Positions 10,354 through 20,088 of a DNA stretch of 64,000 bases are shown in pieces (positions within the stretch are counted from its first letter, which is position 1; every line of letters begins with the position of its first letter). The translations under genes were made by a program, and so were the position numbers. The DNA is taken from positions 1,312,001 to 1,376,000 of the forward strand of contig OZ244651.1 in the NCBI GenBank assembly GCA_965218695.1, in the 5' to 3' direction. Below the pieces are notes generated by a model. It had not been told where the DNA came from and did not search any database. It worked only from the letters and a program-made list of their open reading frames with translations. The stretch comes from Nitrosopumilus sp. (GTDB lineage: Archaea > Thermoproteota > Nitrososphaeria > Nitrososphaerales > Nitrosopumilaceae).

Positions 10354-10782
10354 TTGTTAGCAAGAACCCTTGTCATCTTTATCGCAGTCGGCGTCGTCTC
10401 CGGACTGCTCTTTGGCGTGTATCTTGCGGATCTGAAGGATACCAACCAGGTGACGTATGTGGAGGGGAATTCGCTGTCTGTCGTTACAGACAAGTCCGTT
10501 TATGCGTCGGGCGAGAAGATTGAGATCCGCGTCATAAACTCCGGGACGCTTCCGCTGAGTTTTCCTGATGACTCGTATGGATTGCGTGTTACCGGTCTGG
10601 TAGGCTCGATCATATTTGCTCCCCTTGCAACAGGGGATGAGGAGCAGATACTCAATCCAAGAGACGAGTGGTACATATCATGGACCCCGATCCAGTATGA
10701 TGGAACGCCGATCATCTCCGGCGTCTACAAGATACACGCAGGGCACGATGTTACCGCATCAACCACAATCACAATCCTGTAG
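10354..10782 (+). CDS. Membrane-anchored hypothetical protein, probably Ig-like
   Basis: N-terminal TM; TDKSVY...GVYKI beta-sandwich-like pattern. Confidence 0.75.
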   Translation: MLARTLVIFIAVGVVSGLLFGVYLADLKDTNQVTYVEGNSLSVVTDKSVYASGEKIEIRVINSGTLPLSFPDDSYGLRVTGLVGSIIFAPLATGDEEQILNPRDEWYISWTPIQYDGTPIISGVYKIHAGHDVTASTTITIL

Positions 10783-10845
10783 GACTGGAGGCATGACACA
10801 ATTTATAATCACATCCCCTCCAAGTACCCCCGTCGTAAGACTTGT

Positions 10846-10946
10846 GCCGGGGTCGCCTAGCCTGGTAGGGCGCGCGCCTGGAAATGATACACCATAAAGC
10901 GCGTTCTCGCAAGGGATCGGGAGTTCAAATCTCCCTCCCGGCGCCA
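10846..10946 (+). tRNA. tRNA-Ser(GGA) with a 14-nt intron at position 37/38 (10884-10897); CCA encoded
   Basis: Acceptor stem gccgggg/tcccggc, anticodon stem cgcgc/gcgcg, long variable arm, gttcaaatc T-loop; bulge-helix-bulge-like pairing at the intron junctions. Confidence 0.93.
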
Positions 10947-11065
10947 TTAATTCATTCCATGATGTACCTGGGGAATGCTCGTGCGGTGGCGGTTCGGCTG
11001 CTGCCGATGCCGATGTTGATGCCGATGCAGGCCTGCCGTACTCGTGGCAATTCTGCCGCATAGGT

Positions 11066-12373
11066 TCACGTCATGCCCTCTACAATCTCTGAGAACCGCC
11101 ATGGCCCGCATCTTGCATCCTGGTGCTCGTTCCTGATGAGTCCCTTCTCGTCAAGCGTGCTGACCACGTATGCCGAGAACGGAAGCGCGCCCGTGGCCCC
11201 CGGGGAATTGTAATTGAGAATGTGAAATGACGAGTCGCCCTCGATGCAGACTGCGTCCGGGATGAACGCACCGTTCTCGTCAATCACCGACGATCGGATG
11301 CCTGCCGTTCCCCTCTCGGTGATCCTGTCCGGGTTTATCCTGGGCAGGAATTTTCTTACCCTGTCGACCATCGCCGTCTTTGACATGGATGACTGGATCT
11401 CGCTGATTGCAAGTTCCTGAAACTGCCTGTTAAAGACTGCCTTCCTTGCGCCGGAGCCAAGCATCTCAAGCATCTTTGGCACAAACTCCTTGATGTTCTC
11501 CATCGCGTCGTACCCGTATGGACTGAACACGGGAACCGCGTTCGGACCGATCTCGCAGCTGCCGTCGACCCTGATGATCCAGTGGGGATCCAGAAACGGA
11601 TATTCTGGGAATCCCGGAACCGAGTACACGCTGGTCTTGGTCAGTCCGGAATACTCCTCGGGGGCCTTCCAGTACTCCCCCCTGAAATGCACGTCCGTAA
11701 GGTCGTGCGCGACTCCTGCATCGTGCGCGACATCCACCGCCCTGCCGCCGGCTGCATTAATCAACAGGCCTGCAAGAATCACATTCCCGTTGTTTAGTGT
11801 GATCTCCCACTTGGTGACGCCCTTTTTTATCCCGGTGACAGTCGAGTTCATGAGAAACTTCGTGCCGTTCTCTTGACTGTCCATCATCAGCGCCCCGGAC
11901 AGTGCGGCATAGTCTGTGGACGCATCCCTGCTCACCCTGAGCGCCGCCTCGCACCGTATCTCCGGCTCGGTCCTCTTCAAATCGCTCCCGTCCAGAATCT
12001 CGATGTCCGAATCCTCCAGCCCGTTCTGCCTTCCCCATCTGAGGTACTTTTCAAGCACCTGCACGTCATCTCTGTCCAGTGCGACTTCAAGCACCCCGTC
12101 CCTTCTGAACGGCAGGCCTTTCATCTTGGAGTACTCCTCCCACATGCCGTATCCGTCAAAGGCGGCCCTTGCAAGAAGCCGCTTCCTTGCCGGGTCGTAC
12201 AGGTATGGCGCATGAACCTTTCCGGTGTTTCTTCCGCTTGTATGAAATGCGACACTGCCGGCCTGCTCTATCACTGCTATCCTTTTTGATCTGTTCAGGG
12301 CCGATACGAAATATGATATCGAGGTTCCAAGGATTCCCCCTCCTATGATTGCGACATCAAACTCGCTGCTCAA
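11066..12373 (-). CDS. FAD-dependent oxidoreductase, L-2-hydroxyglutarate oxidase-like
   Basis: IIGGGILG, TSGRNTGKVH, FRGEY, NSPGATG. Confidence 0.88.
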   Translation of the reverse strand: MSSEFDVAIIGGGILGTSISYFVSALNRSKRIAVIEQAGSVAFHTSGRNTGKVHAPYLYDPARKRLLARAAFDGYGMWEEYSKMKGLPFRRDGVLEVALDRDDVQVLEKYLRWGRQNGLEDSDIEILDGSDLKRTEPEIRCEAALRVSRDASTDYAALSGALMMDSQENGTKFLMNSTVTGIKKGVTKWEITLNNGNVILAGLLINAAGGRAVDVAHDAGVAHDLTDVHFRGEYWKAPEEYSGLTKTSVYSVPGFPEYPFLDPHWIIRVDGSCEIGPNAVPVFSPYGYDAMENIKEFVPKMLEMLGSGARKAVFNRQFQELAISEIQSSMSKTAMVDRVRKFLPRINPDRITERGTAGIRSSVIDENGAFIPDAVCIEGDSSFHILNYNSPGATGALPFSAYVVSTLDEKGLIRNEHQDARCGPWRFSEIVEGMT

Positions 12374-12525
12374 CAGTATTCATATTGGCCTGTCTCTGTA
12401 ATAAACTCCGTATTCCCAAGACTAGTTCCTCCTGCATGGGGTGGGATCTTTGCCGCCGTATCGTTTGAATCAGACCGACCAAGATTAATATCAAACAGGC
12501 GCCGACTGACCTTATAATGATGATG

Positions 12526-12801
12526 ATGCCTGACAAGTGCTCTGTGGTGAGCCAGAAAAGGCAGTGCGTGAATCCCCCCAAATTCATCGTCTCGATAGTT
12601 GCAGGCGTCGACGAATACATGGTGGGGCTTGCCTGCGAGAGGCACCGACAGGACATATCCGACAGGATTACCATACTTCAAAACGGCGGAAAGATTCCAC
12701 GGGGCGTGATGACGTTTTCACCGGTCAAGGCAGTCGGCACCGACTGCATCCGCGGAGACCCCGACGATCTCGTACAGATTGACTCGGATCCCAAAAGCTG
12801 A
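12526..12801 (+). CDS. Hypothetical protein, possible Zn-binding (start among several Met codons, 12517-12526)
   Basis: Clean ORF; C-x8-C...C-x2-H...C pattern. Confidence 0.7.
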   Translation: MPDKCSVVSQKRQCVNPPKFIVSIVAGVDEYMVGLACERHRQDISDRITILQNGGKIPRGVMTFSPVKAVGTDCIRGDPDDLVQIDSDPKS

Positions 12802-12826
12802 AATAACTTTGATGGGATAACCATGC

Positions 12827-13201
12827 ATGCTTTTGGAACTGCTATCTGAGATTGTGGGAATCGACGACGTGCTGTTCATCGTAAAGAGCGATGGCGCCGT
12901 AAGCGAGGTAAGAAGCAACCATCTGGGCATACGGCAGAAGGACAAGTGGATCACGCTGGGGGAAAACGACGATCCGGCACACATGCATATCAACTCCGAG
13001 TCCATAGAATCCGCCGAGTTTGTTAGGGAACCGCGACCCGGGCGGACAAGCCTTAGTGTGCGGTTCTTTAACAGAGACGGACAGCGGGTTCTGGCAGCAT
13101 TCTTCACGCGCATGTATGACCAGTCCGGCGCGCCGATCCCCGAGCGAATGGAACTGTATGACCGGCTGCATCAGAGATACCCCTCAAAGATTCGATTTTA
13201 A
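12827..13201 (+). CDS. HutX/ChuX-like heme/tetrapyrrole-binding fold protein
   Basis: VLFIVKSDGAVSE, HMHIN, SLSVRFFNRDG patterns. Confidence 0.75.
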   Translation: MLLELLSEIVGIDDVLFIVKSDGAVSEVRSNHLGIRQKDKWITLGENDDPAHMHINSESIESAEFVREPRPGRTSLSVRFFNRDGQRVLAAFFTRMYDQSGAPIPERMELYDRLHQRYPSKIRF

Positions 13202-13238
13202 AAAAAACCCTGCCGTACAGGCAGGTGGGTGAAATACG

Positions 13239-13325
13239 CTAGTTCTGAGATTTCCGCTTCTTCTCTTTCTCAGACTGTATCTTGGCTAACTCTAACTCCT
13301 CATTGGTGTGCTTGAACTTTTTCAA
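13239..13325 (-). CDS. Putative 28-aa basic micro-protein MKKFKHTNEELELAKIQSEKEKKRKSQN (alternative ATG at 13346)
   Basis: Minus-strand TTTTTATA box at 13350-13357, 25-32 nt upstream of a TTG; helical charged sequence. Confidence 0.5.
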   Translation of the reverse strand: MKKFKHTNEELELAKIQSEKEKKRKSQN

Positions 13326-13462
13326 TATGACTATACATCGTGCCATAGGTATAAAAACTGCGCATTCCTTGCAGGCGCGAGTTCCCGTCGCGCCTGATTG
13401 CCCTGCACGTCCCGTCCTGCGCAATCCCGTGCTTATACGTCTACTACCATGATGGCCGAATT

Positions 13463-14431
13463 CTAACATTCCACAGAGTGTGCAGGCTTTTTGCCGTCCA
13501 TCCCAAGATCCAGATTCCTGATTACGATCTCGGCCATTCTTGCCCTTGTCTCCGTTGTGGCGCTCCCCATGTGGGGTGAGAGCACCACGCTTTGCAGCTT
13601 CAGCAGCGGGTTTTCTCCGTTGACGGGCTCAGTCTCAAAGACATCCAGTCCCGCACCTGCGATGATCCCGTCCCTCAGGGCAGCTGCCAGGTCATTTTCG
13701 TTGACTATCCTTCCCCTTGCAGTGTTGATGAGGTATGCAGTCCTCTTCATTCTGGCAAAGACATCCGCATCAAACAGGTGTTCAGTCTCTGCAGTGTGCG
13801 GCGTGTGGATCGAGATGACATCACTCCGTGTGACCAGATCATCAAAGGATACGTATTCTGCCCCCGGCGACCCCTCCTGCGGGTCCTGCAGGCGCCGCCT
13901 GTTGTGGTATACCGTCTTCATACCAAATGCATCTGCCCTTTTGGCCACTGCCCGACCAATCCTGCCCATGCCCAAAATCCCAAGCGTCTTGCCCTGGGGA
14001 TCAGTCCCAAGATGCTCCGTTGGCGCATAGACTGACACCCATCTGCCCTCCCGCATGACCCTGTCCTCTGCTGACACCCCTCTGAACAGGTCAAGCAGTA
14101 GCGCAAACGTCATATCGGCAGTCGCGTCAGTCAGCACGTTTGGGGTGTACCCTATCCTGATTCCCCTATTCATGGCATGCCCTACGTCTATGTGCTCAAA
14201 TCCGACGCTGTACGTGCTGATGACCCTTAGGTTCCTTGCAGAATCGATGATCTTCTGGTCAACCCTGTCGTATGGAAAGCAGATCAGTCCTTCTGCGTCT
14301 CTTATTCCCGACTGCAACTCTTCGCGGGTGACAGGCCCCTCCCCCGAATGCATATCCACCTGATACCTGCTGTTCAGTTCGGCCAGCGCGGCGTCCTGAA
14401 TTTTTCTCGTTATGAACACCTTTCTTTTCAT
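13463..14431 (-). CDS. D-2-hydroxyacid dehydrogenase (glyoxylate reductase / D-glycerate dehydrogenase family)
   Basis: GMGRIG, INTARG, GLDVFETEP, PHMGS. Confidence 0.93.
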   Translation of the reverse strand: MKRKVFITRKIQDAALAELNSRYQVDMHSGEGPVTREELQSGIRDAEGLICFPYDRVDQKIIDSARNLRVISTYSVGFEHIDVGHAMNRGIRIGYTPNVLTDATADMTFALLLDLFRGVSAEDRVMREGRWVSVYAPTEHLGTDPQGKTLGILGMGRIGRAVAKRADAFGMKTVYHNRRRLQDPQEGSPGAEYVSFDDLVTRSDVISIHTPHTAETEHLFDADVFARMKRTAYLINTARGRIVNENDLAAALRDGIIAGAGLDVFETEPVNGENPLLKLQSVVLSPHMGSATTETRARMAEIVIRNLDLGMDGKKPAHSVEC

Positions 14432-14482
14432 GCCCTGAATTCATGGCTTAAACCATTTATACGATTCCCGTCTAAAGCCAGC

Positions 14483-14623
14483 ATGCCTGGCACCAACGAG
14501 GAGGAGTTCGAAACGTGCATGCTGTGTGGCAACTCCATTGAGATGTGCATGTGCGTGTGTCCGTACTGTGGAGAGCGCGACAAATGCGAGTGTGCCCTGT
14601 TTGATGCTGCCACCGGTGGTTAG
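14483..14623 (+). CDS. 46-aa protein with 8 Cys and a C-terminal Gly-Gly
   Basis: tttata box at 14457-14462, 26 nt upstream of ATG; CxxC, CxCxCxxC and CxC motifs. Confidence 0.75.
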   Translation: MPGTNEEEFETCMLCGNSIEMCMCVCPYCGERDKCECALFDAATGG

Positions 14624-14661
14624 AAAAACTCATTTATGCACTAGAACTAACGTGTTGTGTC

Positions 14662-16572
14662 ATGGGCTTAACTGATTTTACTTGGCTTGTTGGTGGTCCA
14701 CAGGGTAGCGGAGTCGAGTCCGGCGCAAACATATTCACGCGTGTTTGTGCAGAGGAGGGGTATGCCGTGTTTGGCAAGAGGGAGTTCTATTCAAACATCA
14801 AGGGGGAGCACAGCTACTTTGCAGTCAGGGTCTCAGACGAGGAGATTGCATCCAGCATCAACAGCATAACCCTGATGGCCTCGTTTGACGCAGAGACCAT
14901 ATTTCGACATTTTAACGACGTGCTGCCAGGCGGCGGAATTATTTATGATTCGGATCTGGACGGAGTTGACACCAGCAGGGTCATGACCCTTGACGAGTCA
15001 TTCCGGAACCGGCTGCATGCGTTTCTCGAGTCCAAAGGAAAGCCGTTTACCATATCCGGGGCACTGGAGGTCGCAAAAGAGAATGGCGTCTGCCTGTATC
15101 CTGTATCCTTCAAGGGGCTGCTTGCAAGTCTTGCAGAGGAGACAGGCAACCCGAGACTGCGGGGCTTGGTGAGGATGTACAACGTGATTGCCGTCTCGCT
15201 GTCCCTGGGGCTGCTCGGGGTACCGTCCAAGGTACTGCTTGACTCCATTGATGTGATATTTGCAAAAAAGCCTGCAGTTGCCATGCTAAACAGGCAGGCA
15301 GCCACACACTCCTATGACTACATGAGTGAACAGCCGACAGAATTCACCCACAAACTGCGCCCGGTGGAAAAACGGTCCCACACCATACTGGTGCAGGGAT
15401 TCCAAGGCACCGCGCTGGGAAAGATGGCGTGCGGGTGCAGGTTCCAGCCCTACTACCCGATTACCCCCGCCTCTGACGAGTCGTTCTATCTGGAGTCAAA
15501 TGCGATTCTGGATGTGGACGGCCCCCAGGCGGGATCCACCGTGGTGATGCAGACTGAGGACGAGATGTGTGCAATCGGGATGACCATCGGAGGCGCGCTG
15601 ACCGGAGCCCGTTCTGCAACATGCACGTCCGGTCCAGGATTCTCGCTGATGGCCGAATCCATGGGATGGGCAGGAATGAACGAGGTTCCCATCGTCGTTA
15701 CCCACTATCAGAGAAGCGGACCCTCCACCGGGCTTCCAACTAGGCACGGGCAGGATGACCTGCTCTTTGCAGTCAATGCCGGACACGGGGATTTTCCAAA
15801 GATCGTCTACGCGTCTGGTACCATCGAGGAGAGCTTTTACGACACCGGAAGGTGCTTCAACTATGCCGATGTCTTTCAGGTTCCGGTGATTCACATGATG
15901 GACAAGTTCCTTGCAAGCTCGGTAGTCACGTGCAGGAGGTTCGAACCCGCAAGGATATCGATCGACCGCGGCAAGCTGCTGGATCGCGTAGATGGGGACT
16001 ATAAAAGGTTCAGGTTTACCTATGACGGCATATCCCCGCGCTCGTATCTGGGTGCAGACAACGGAATATTCTGGAACACCGGGGACGAGTCCGACGAGCA
16101 TGGCCACATCACCGAGGATCCTGAGGTGCGCATGGCCATGATGGACAAGAGAATGTCCCGCCTTGACCTCATACTCAAAAGCATCCCGGAATCCGAGCAG
16201 GCAGTCTCGTACGGAATCCATGATAATACCGTGATCTCGTGGGGATCGGCCAAGGGACCGATACTTGATGCAATCAGGATGCTCAAAAAAGATGGAATCT
16301 TGGTGGGATTCATCGAGATGAAGCTGCTGCACCCGTTCCCTGCAGCATACATACAGTCATTAATTGGCAACGTCAAAACAATAATCGACGTGGAGGCCAA
16401 CTATTCTGCACAGCTGGGAAAACTATTCAAGATGAACACCGGACGGGATCCCGACTACTACATCCTAAAGTACACCGGCAGATCCATGACATGCACCGAG
16501 ATTTATGACTCGCTTAAGAGAGTCGTCCTGAACAAGGCCGACAAGAAGGAGATCCTGAAGCATGGCGCTTAA
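14662..16572 (+). CDS. 2-oxoacid:ferredoxin oxidoreductase alpha subunit
   Basis: GGPQGSGV, YYPITPA, TSGPGFSLM, QRSGPSTGLPT. Confidence 0.96.
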   Translation: MGLTDFTWLVGGPQGSGVESGANIFTRVCAEEGYAVFGKREFYSNIKGEHSYFAVRVSDEEIASSINSITLMASFDAETIFRHFNDVLPGGGIIYDSDLDGVDTSRVMTLDESFRNRLHAFLESKGKPFTISGALEVAKENGVCLYPVSFKGLLASLAEETGNPRLRGLVRMYNVIAVSLSLGLLGVPSKVLLDSIDVIFAKKPAVAMLNRQAATHSYDYMSEQPTEFTHKLRPVEKRSHTILVQGFQGTALGKMACGCRFQPYYPITPASDESFYLESNAILDVDGPQAGSTVVMQTEDEMCAIGMTIGGALTGARSATCTSGPGFSLMAESMGWAGMNEVPIVVTHYQRSGPSTGLPTRHGQDDLLFAVNAGHGDFPKIVYASGTIEESFYDTGRCFNYADVFQVPVIHMMDKFLASSVVTCRRFEPARISIDRGKLLDRVDGDYKRFRFTYDGISPRSYLGADNGIFWNTGDESDEHGHITEDPEVRMAMMDKRMSRLDLILKSIPESEQAVSYGIHDNTVISWGSAKGPILDAIRMLKKDGILVGFIEMKLLHPFPAAYIQSLIGNVKTIIDVEANYSAQLGKLFKMNTGRDPDYYILKYTGRSMTCTEIYDSLKRVVLNKADKKEILKHGA

Positions 16573-17524
16573 GATTGCCGACTTTAAGACCGACGTGCAC
16601 AACGACTGGTGTCCCGGATGCGGTGACTTTGGGATAGTAAACGCCATCCAGATGGCCCTGGCAGAGATGGGAATCCGAAGGGACAGAACCGTGATATTCT
16701 CCGGCATAGGGTGTTCCGGCAAGACCTCGCACTTTATCAACACGTATGGCATCCACACGCTGCACGGCAGGGTCCTGACATTTGCCCAGGGCGCAAAGAT
16801 AGCAAACAATGATCTGACCGTTGTTGCGGTGGGCGGCGACGGGGACGGACTGGGAATCGGCGCCGGTCATTTTGTTGCAGCCGGAAGACGCAATGTCGAC
16901 ATGACGTACATCATATTTGACAACGGGGTGTACGGTCTGACAAAGGGACAGGCATCGCCCACCATGCAGCTTGGCGTGCAGACAAAGTCGCTCCCCTCTC
17001 CCAACACCAATTATAATGTAAACCCGATAGGGCTGGCAGTGACAAGCGGCTTTACGTTTGTCGCACGGGGATACTCGTATGACGTCCGGCACCTGAAGGA
17101 TCTGATAATCCAGTCAGTCGAACACAAAGGGCTGTCGTTCCTGGATGTGCTGCAGCCGTGCCCCACGTACAACGACATCAACACAAGGGACTGGTACGCC
17201 GGCGCGGACTTGGTTGACGAGGCACAGAAGAGGCACTCTAGAATCTACAAGTTGGAGGATACTGGCTACAACCCGATGGTCCGTCATGCCACCGAGGGCG
17301 ACCTGAACAACAAGCTGAGCCAGGCGCTGGTCAAGTCCCTGGAATGGGGAGACCGGATACCGATAGGCGTCTTTTACAGGAATGACGGCATTACGCCGTA
17401 CGGCAGACGAATCCAGGGAACCATTCCAAACTACATCGAAAACTCGCCTGCAAAACAGAAGATCTCCAGAGACGGTTTTCCAACCACCGATATCTCCTCA
17501 TTGCTTGACTCCATGGAGATCTGA
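16562..17524 (+). CDS. 2-oxoacid:ferredoxin oxidoreductase beta subunit
   Basis: WCPGCGD, SGIGCS, GGDGD, DNGVYGLTKGQASP. Confidence 0.96.
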   Translation: MALKIADFKTDVHNDWCPGCGDFGIVNAIQMALAEMGIRRDRTVIFSGIGCSGKTSHFINTYGIHTLHGRVLTFAQGAKIANNDLTVVAVGGDGDGLGIGAGHFVAAGRRNVDMTYIIFDNGVYGLTKGQASPTMQLGVQTKSLPSPNTNYNVNPIGLAVTSGFTFVARGYSYDVRHLKDLIIQSVEHKGLSFLDVLQPCPTYNDINTRDWYAGADLVDEAQKRHSRIYKLEDTGYNPMVRHATEGDLNNKLSQALVKSLEWGDRIPIGVFYRNDGITPYGRRIQGTIPNYIENSPAKQKISRDGFPTTDISSLLDSMEI

Positions 17525-17591
17525 GCCGGAGAATTCTTGGCAGGCACCACCGGCCTCTTGCATGGCGTCTGATGACGTCTGGCCTGACTTT

Positions 17592-17611
17592 GTGCGTGCG
17601 TGCGTGCGTGC
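17592..17611. repeat. Intergenic (GTGC)5 microsatellite
   Basis: Read directly. Confidence 0.95.
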
Positions 17612-17739
17612 CTTGTGACGGGTTTGGAAGACTTGCCCAGAGCATGGCATCTGGCGAATCCTTGTTTTGCAGACGTGGATCTGCCCTGAATGATGATTGA
17701 CCTAAGAAGTTATAGCCAAGTTTTGTTACATACTAATAT

Positions 17740-18177
17740 TTGAATATAAGCGAGGCGAACCGGATATTTCGTTGGTCCATAATCCGGGGGTTCTTTGAAC
17801 CCGAACTTGTAAATCTGGACTTTAAGAGATCGTCTGCAAGGCACCCGCTGCTGGACGGCGACGGCCTCATGCAGTCAGACCTGCTTCACATATTCTTTGA
17901 TGTGGAGACAGGCTCTGACTACCCTGACGGGGACGAATGGTTCATCGTGGACATGCTGTTTCCATACGACGTAAAGCTGCCCGATGCCATAAAGGGGGTG
18001 GACTACTTCACCACAATCTCCTCTGGCCAGGGCAGCAGCGCATACTGGCACCACCGCGAACTGATTCGCTTCAAGTATGCAAAATCCAAAAAGCTTGGAG
18101 ACGCCCTCGAGTTTCTTGTATCCAAGTACAAGGAGCTCTATAGGCTGCTAGAACCGCTGCAGGATGATCTCAGGTAG
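17740..18177 (+). CDS. Hypothetical protein
   Basis: 145-aa ORF with TTG start after an AT-rich promoter region. Confidence 0.8.
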   Translation: MNISEANRIFRWSIIRGFFEPELVNLDFKRSSARHPLLDGDGLMQSDLLHIFFDVETGSDYPDGDEWFIVDMLFPYDVKLPDAIKGVDYFTTISSGQGSSAYWHHRELIRFKYAKSKKLGDALEFLVSKYKELYRLLEPLQDDLR

Positions 18178-18757
18178 CAGCCTTTACCCACGAGCCGCCC
18201 CTGAAGGAATACCTCCTGTCCCCTGACGAGGCAGCAGCAGCGTCAAGGCGCCACCTTATCGTCTCCTGATCAAACCTGTATATGATCTCTGAGACGTCCG
18301 GGGGCGTCTTGCCCGGGCCAAGATGGTGCGGCAGCAGCTCCAGCACAAAGTCGATCTTCTCCATTGCGTTGTCAAACCACTGCCTGTCGTTGACATCGAC
18401 GGTAAACGTGATTCCAGGATTTCCCAGAAACCTGATGACGATCTTTAACGCGTTGCCGCTGCCCCTTCTCCGCTTCATCTCCTTGAAGACGCCCTTGATC
18501 TTCTCCCAGCGCTTGAATCCGAACCACTGGAAGAACATCTCGCTGAACTGAAGCGGAATGGTCATGTCCAAAAGGCTCACAAAGTTTTCATCGTCAGGCT
18601 CGATCTCGTCTTGGATCACTACGAAATGGGAGTTGAGGAATCCGTACAGCACCTCGATCTCCCACGGCGAGATCCCGTAGTAGCGCAGCGTGGTTCTTAA
18701 CGGCTCAGTCAACGTTATGGTTTGATAAAAATTTGTAATTAAAGTTTCAACCGACAT
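18170..18757 (-). CDS. Hypothetical protein (start may be further downstream)
   Basis: 195-aa ORF with normal protein composition. Confidence 0.8.
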   Translation of the reverse strand: MSVETLITNFYQTITLTEPLRTTLRYYGISPWEIEVLYGFLNSHFVVIQDEIEPDDENFVSLLDMTIPLQFSEMFFQWFGFKRWEKIKGVFKEMKRRRGSGNALKIVIRFLGNPGITFTVDVNDRQWFDNAMEKIDFVLELLPHHLGPGKTPPDVSEIIYRFDQETIRWRLDAAAASSGDRRYSFRGGSWVKAAT

Positions 18758-18992
18758 TCATCGTGTGGGTATGATGCCTGCCCCTTGCGCATCCGTAATG
18801 CCGCCTTTGCCGTCACATGCGGGCTGGCCGGGCATGCGTGAATTGCTTAGCAGGGAGCCCGGACAAGACACCGTTAATCGTTATGGGGTCTGGAAGGTAT
18901 AGACTGCAGCGCTGCTGCTGCTGCCGCCATGCCGCCCAAATGACCTTATGCCAAAATTAAGATTATATGGCAAGAGACAGCCATTCCCTAAC

Positions 18993-19322
18993 ATGAAGAA
19001 AGAGTTCGTAGTGCGAAGTATCGACGCGTCGCCTGACGGGGCACCATACGTGATAATCTCGCTGTCCTCGATCAAGGACTTTCAGGAGGGAACGCAGAAC
19101 CCGCCGTCGCCGTTTGGCAGCTCAAAGGTCATGGGATTCACAAACATGAACGACATGATGAAGGATCTCAACAAGATGCTCTCCGGAATGGGCGGCGGAA
19201 TGGGGGCACAGTCAGGAGTCACCCAGTTGAAGCTTGAGATGCACGAGTACAAGGAGATGGGTCTTTCGGTAGGGGACAGGGTGTTTCTGGAGCTGACCAA
19301 GGTCGAGACGCTTGGCATCTAG
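18993..19322 (+). CDS. Hypothetical protein
   Basis: MKKEFVV...YKEMGLSVGDRV; AT-rich box upstream. Confidence 0.8.
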   Translation: MKKEFVVRSIDASPDGAPYVIISLSSIKDFQEGTQNPPSPFGSSKVMGFTNMNDMMKDLNKMLSGMGGGMGAQSGVTQLKLEMHEYKEMGLSVGDRVFLELTKVETLGI

Positions 19323-19870
19323 ATGGTGTTAAAGTACTTCCAGCCGTAAAAGGTGCCTATCGTTCCGATTACAAACAGCATGGGCTTCCATGCAAATACG
19401 GGTATGCTGGGCGTTGCAAGCTTGACCTTGTAGTTGTCTATGATTGTGTGTATGTTCTTTCTGATTCTGTTGTGCCATACACTGTACTCGACCTGGTATT
19501 TTTTTAGAATCTCCTCGATCTCGTAGACTACCGGCGTCCTCTGGGAGAACAGGTGCTGGAGATAGTCCCTTGAGACCTCCACCTCTGCCTGGATTCCAAT
19601 TAGTCCCTTCTTCAGGTCGACCATTCTTACGTGCATCTCCCATGGCTTTTTCAGCTTCAGATTCATTCCGCTGCCTATCTGGTCCGGCTGCTTGTGCTCA
19701 AGTTTCACCTTGGTAAATCCCTCCTCCGCAAAGATCTTGGTAATCTCCTCAAAGCTCTTTTTGACCACTATGTGGAGCTGCTCGACACCCTCCTTGCTGT
19801 CTGCATTAATCCTGTGCTTCAATCCGTCAAGGAATGATATTGTCTTGGGGTATCTTGTCATGTACTCCAT
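19319..19870 (-). CDS. Hypothetical protein with a C-terminal TM segment
   Basis: 183-aa ORF; terminal hydrophobic segment. Confidence 0.8.
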   Translation of the reverse strand: MEYMTRYPKTISFLDGLKHRINADSKEGVEQLHIVVKKSFEEITKIFAEEGFTKVKLEHKQPDQIGSGMNLKLKKPWEMHVRMVDLKKGLIGIQAEVEVSRDYLQHLFSQRTPVVYEIEEILKKYQVEYSVWHNRIRKNIHTIIDNYKVKLATPSIPVFAWKPMLFVIGTIGTFYGWKYFNTI

Positions 19871-19997
19871 ACTTTGAAGATTATAATGGGATATTTAAAG
19901 CAAAAACCCTCCGTGGTACATGCCTTCAGATCCTAGATTCGTTTGGGCATGAACAACCCTGCCTGGCCTTGGGGTGTCCGGACATGTACGTGGCCAT

Positions 19998-20028
<31 letters not shown>

Positions 20029-20088
20029 TGTTACATGTGCCGGCGGATTCTTCAAACCAATCCGTCCAGAACGGGACGATCCCCCCCC

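Noticed and set aside
17569-17700. Possible C/D box sRNA (tgatga...ctga words)
   Set aside because: Box order and spacing do not give a convincing C-D'-C'-D unit, and no rRNA-complementary guide was recognised
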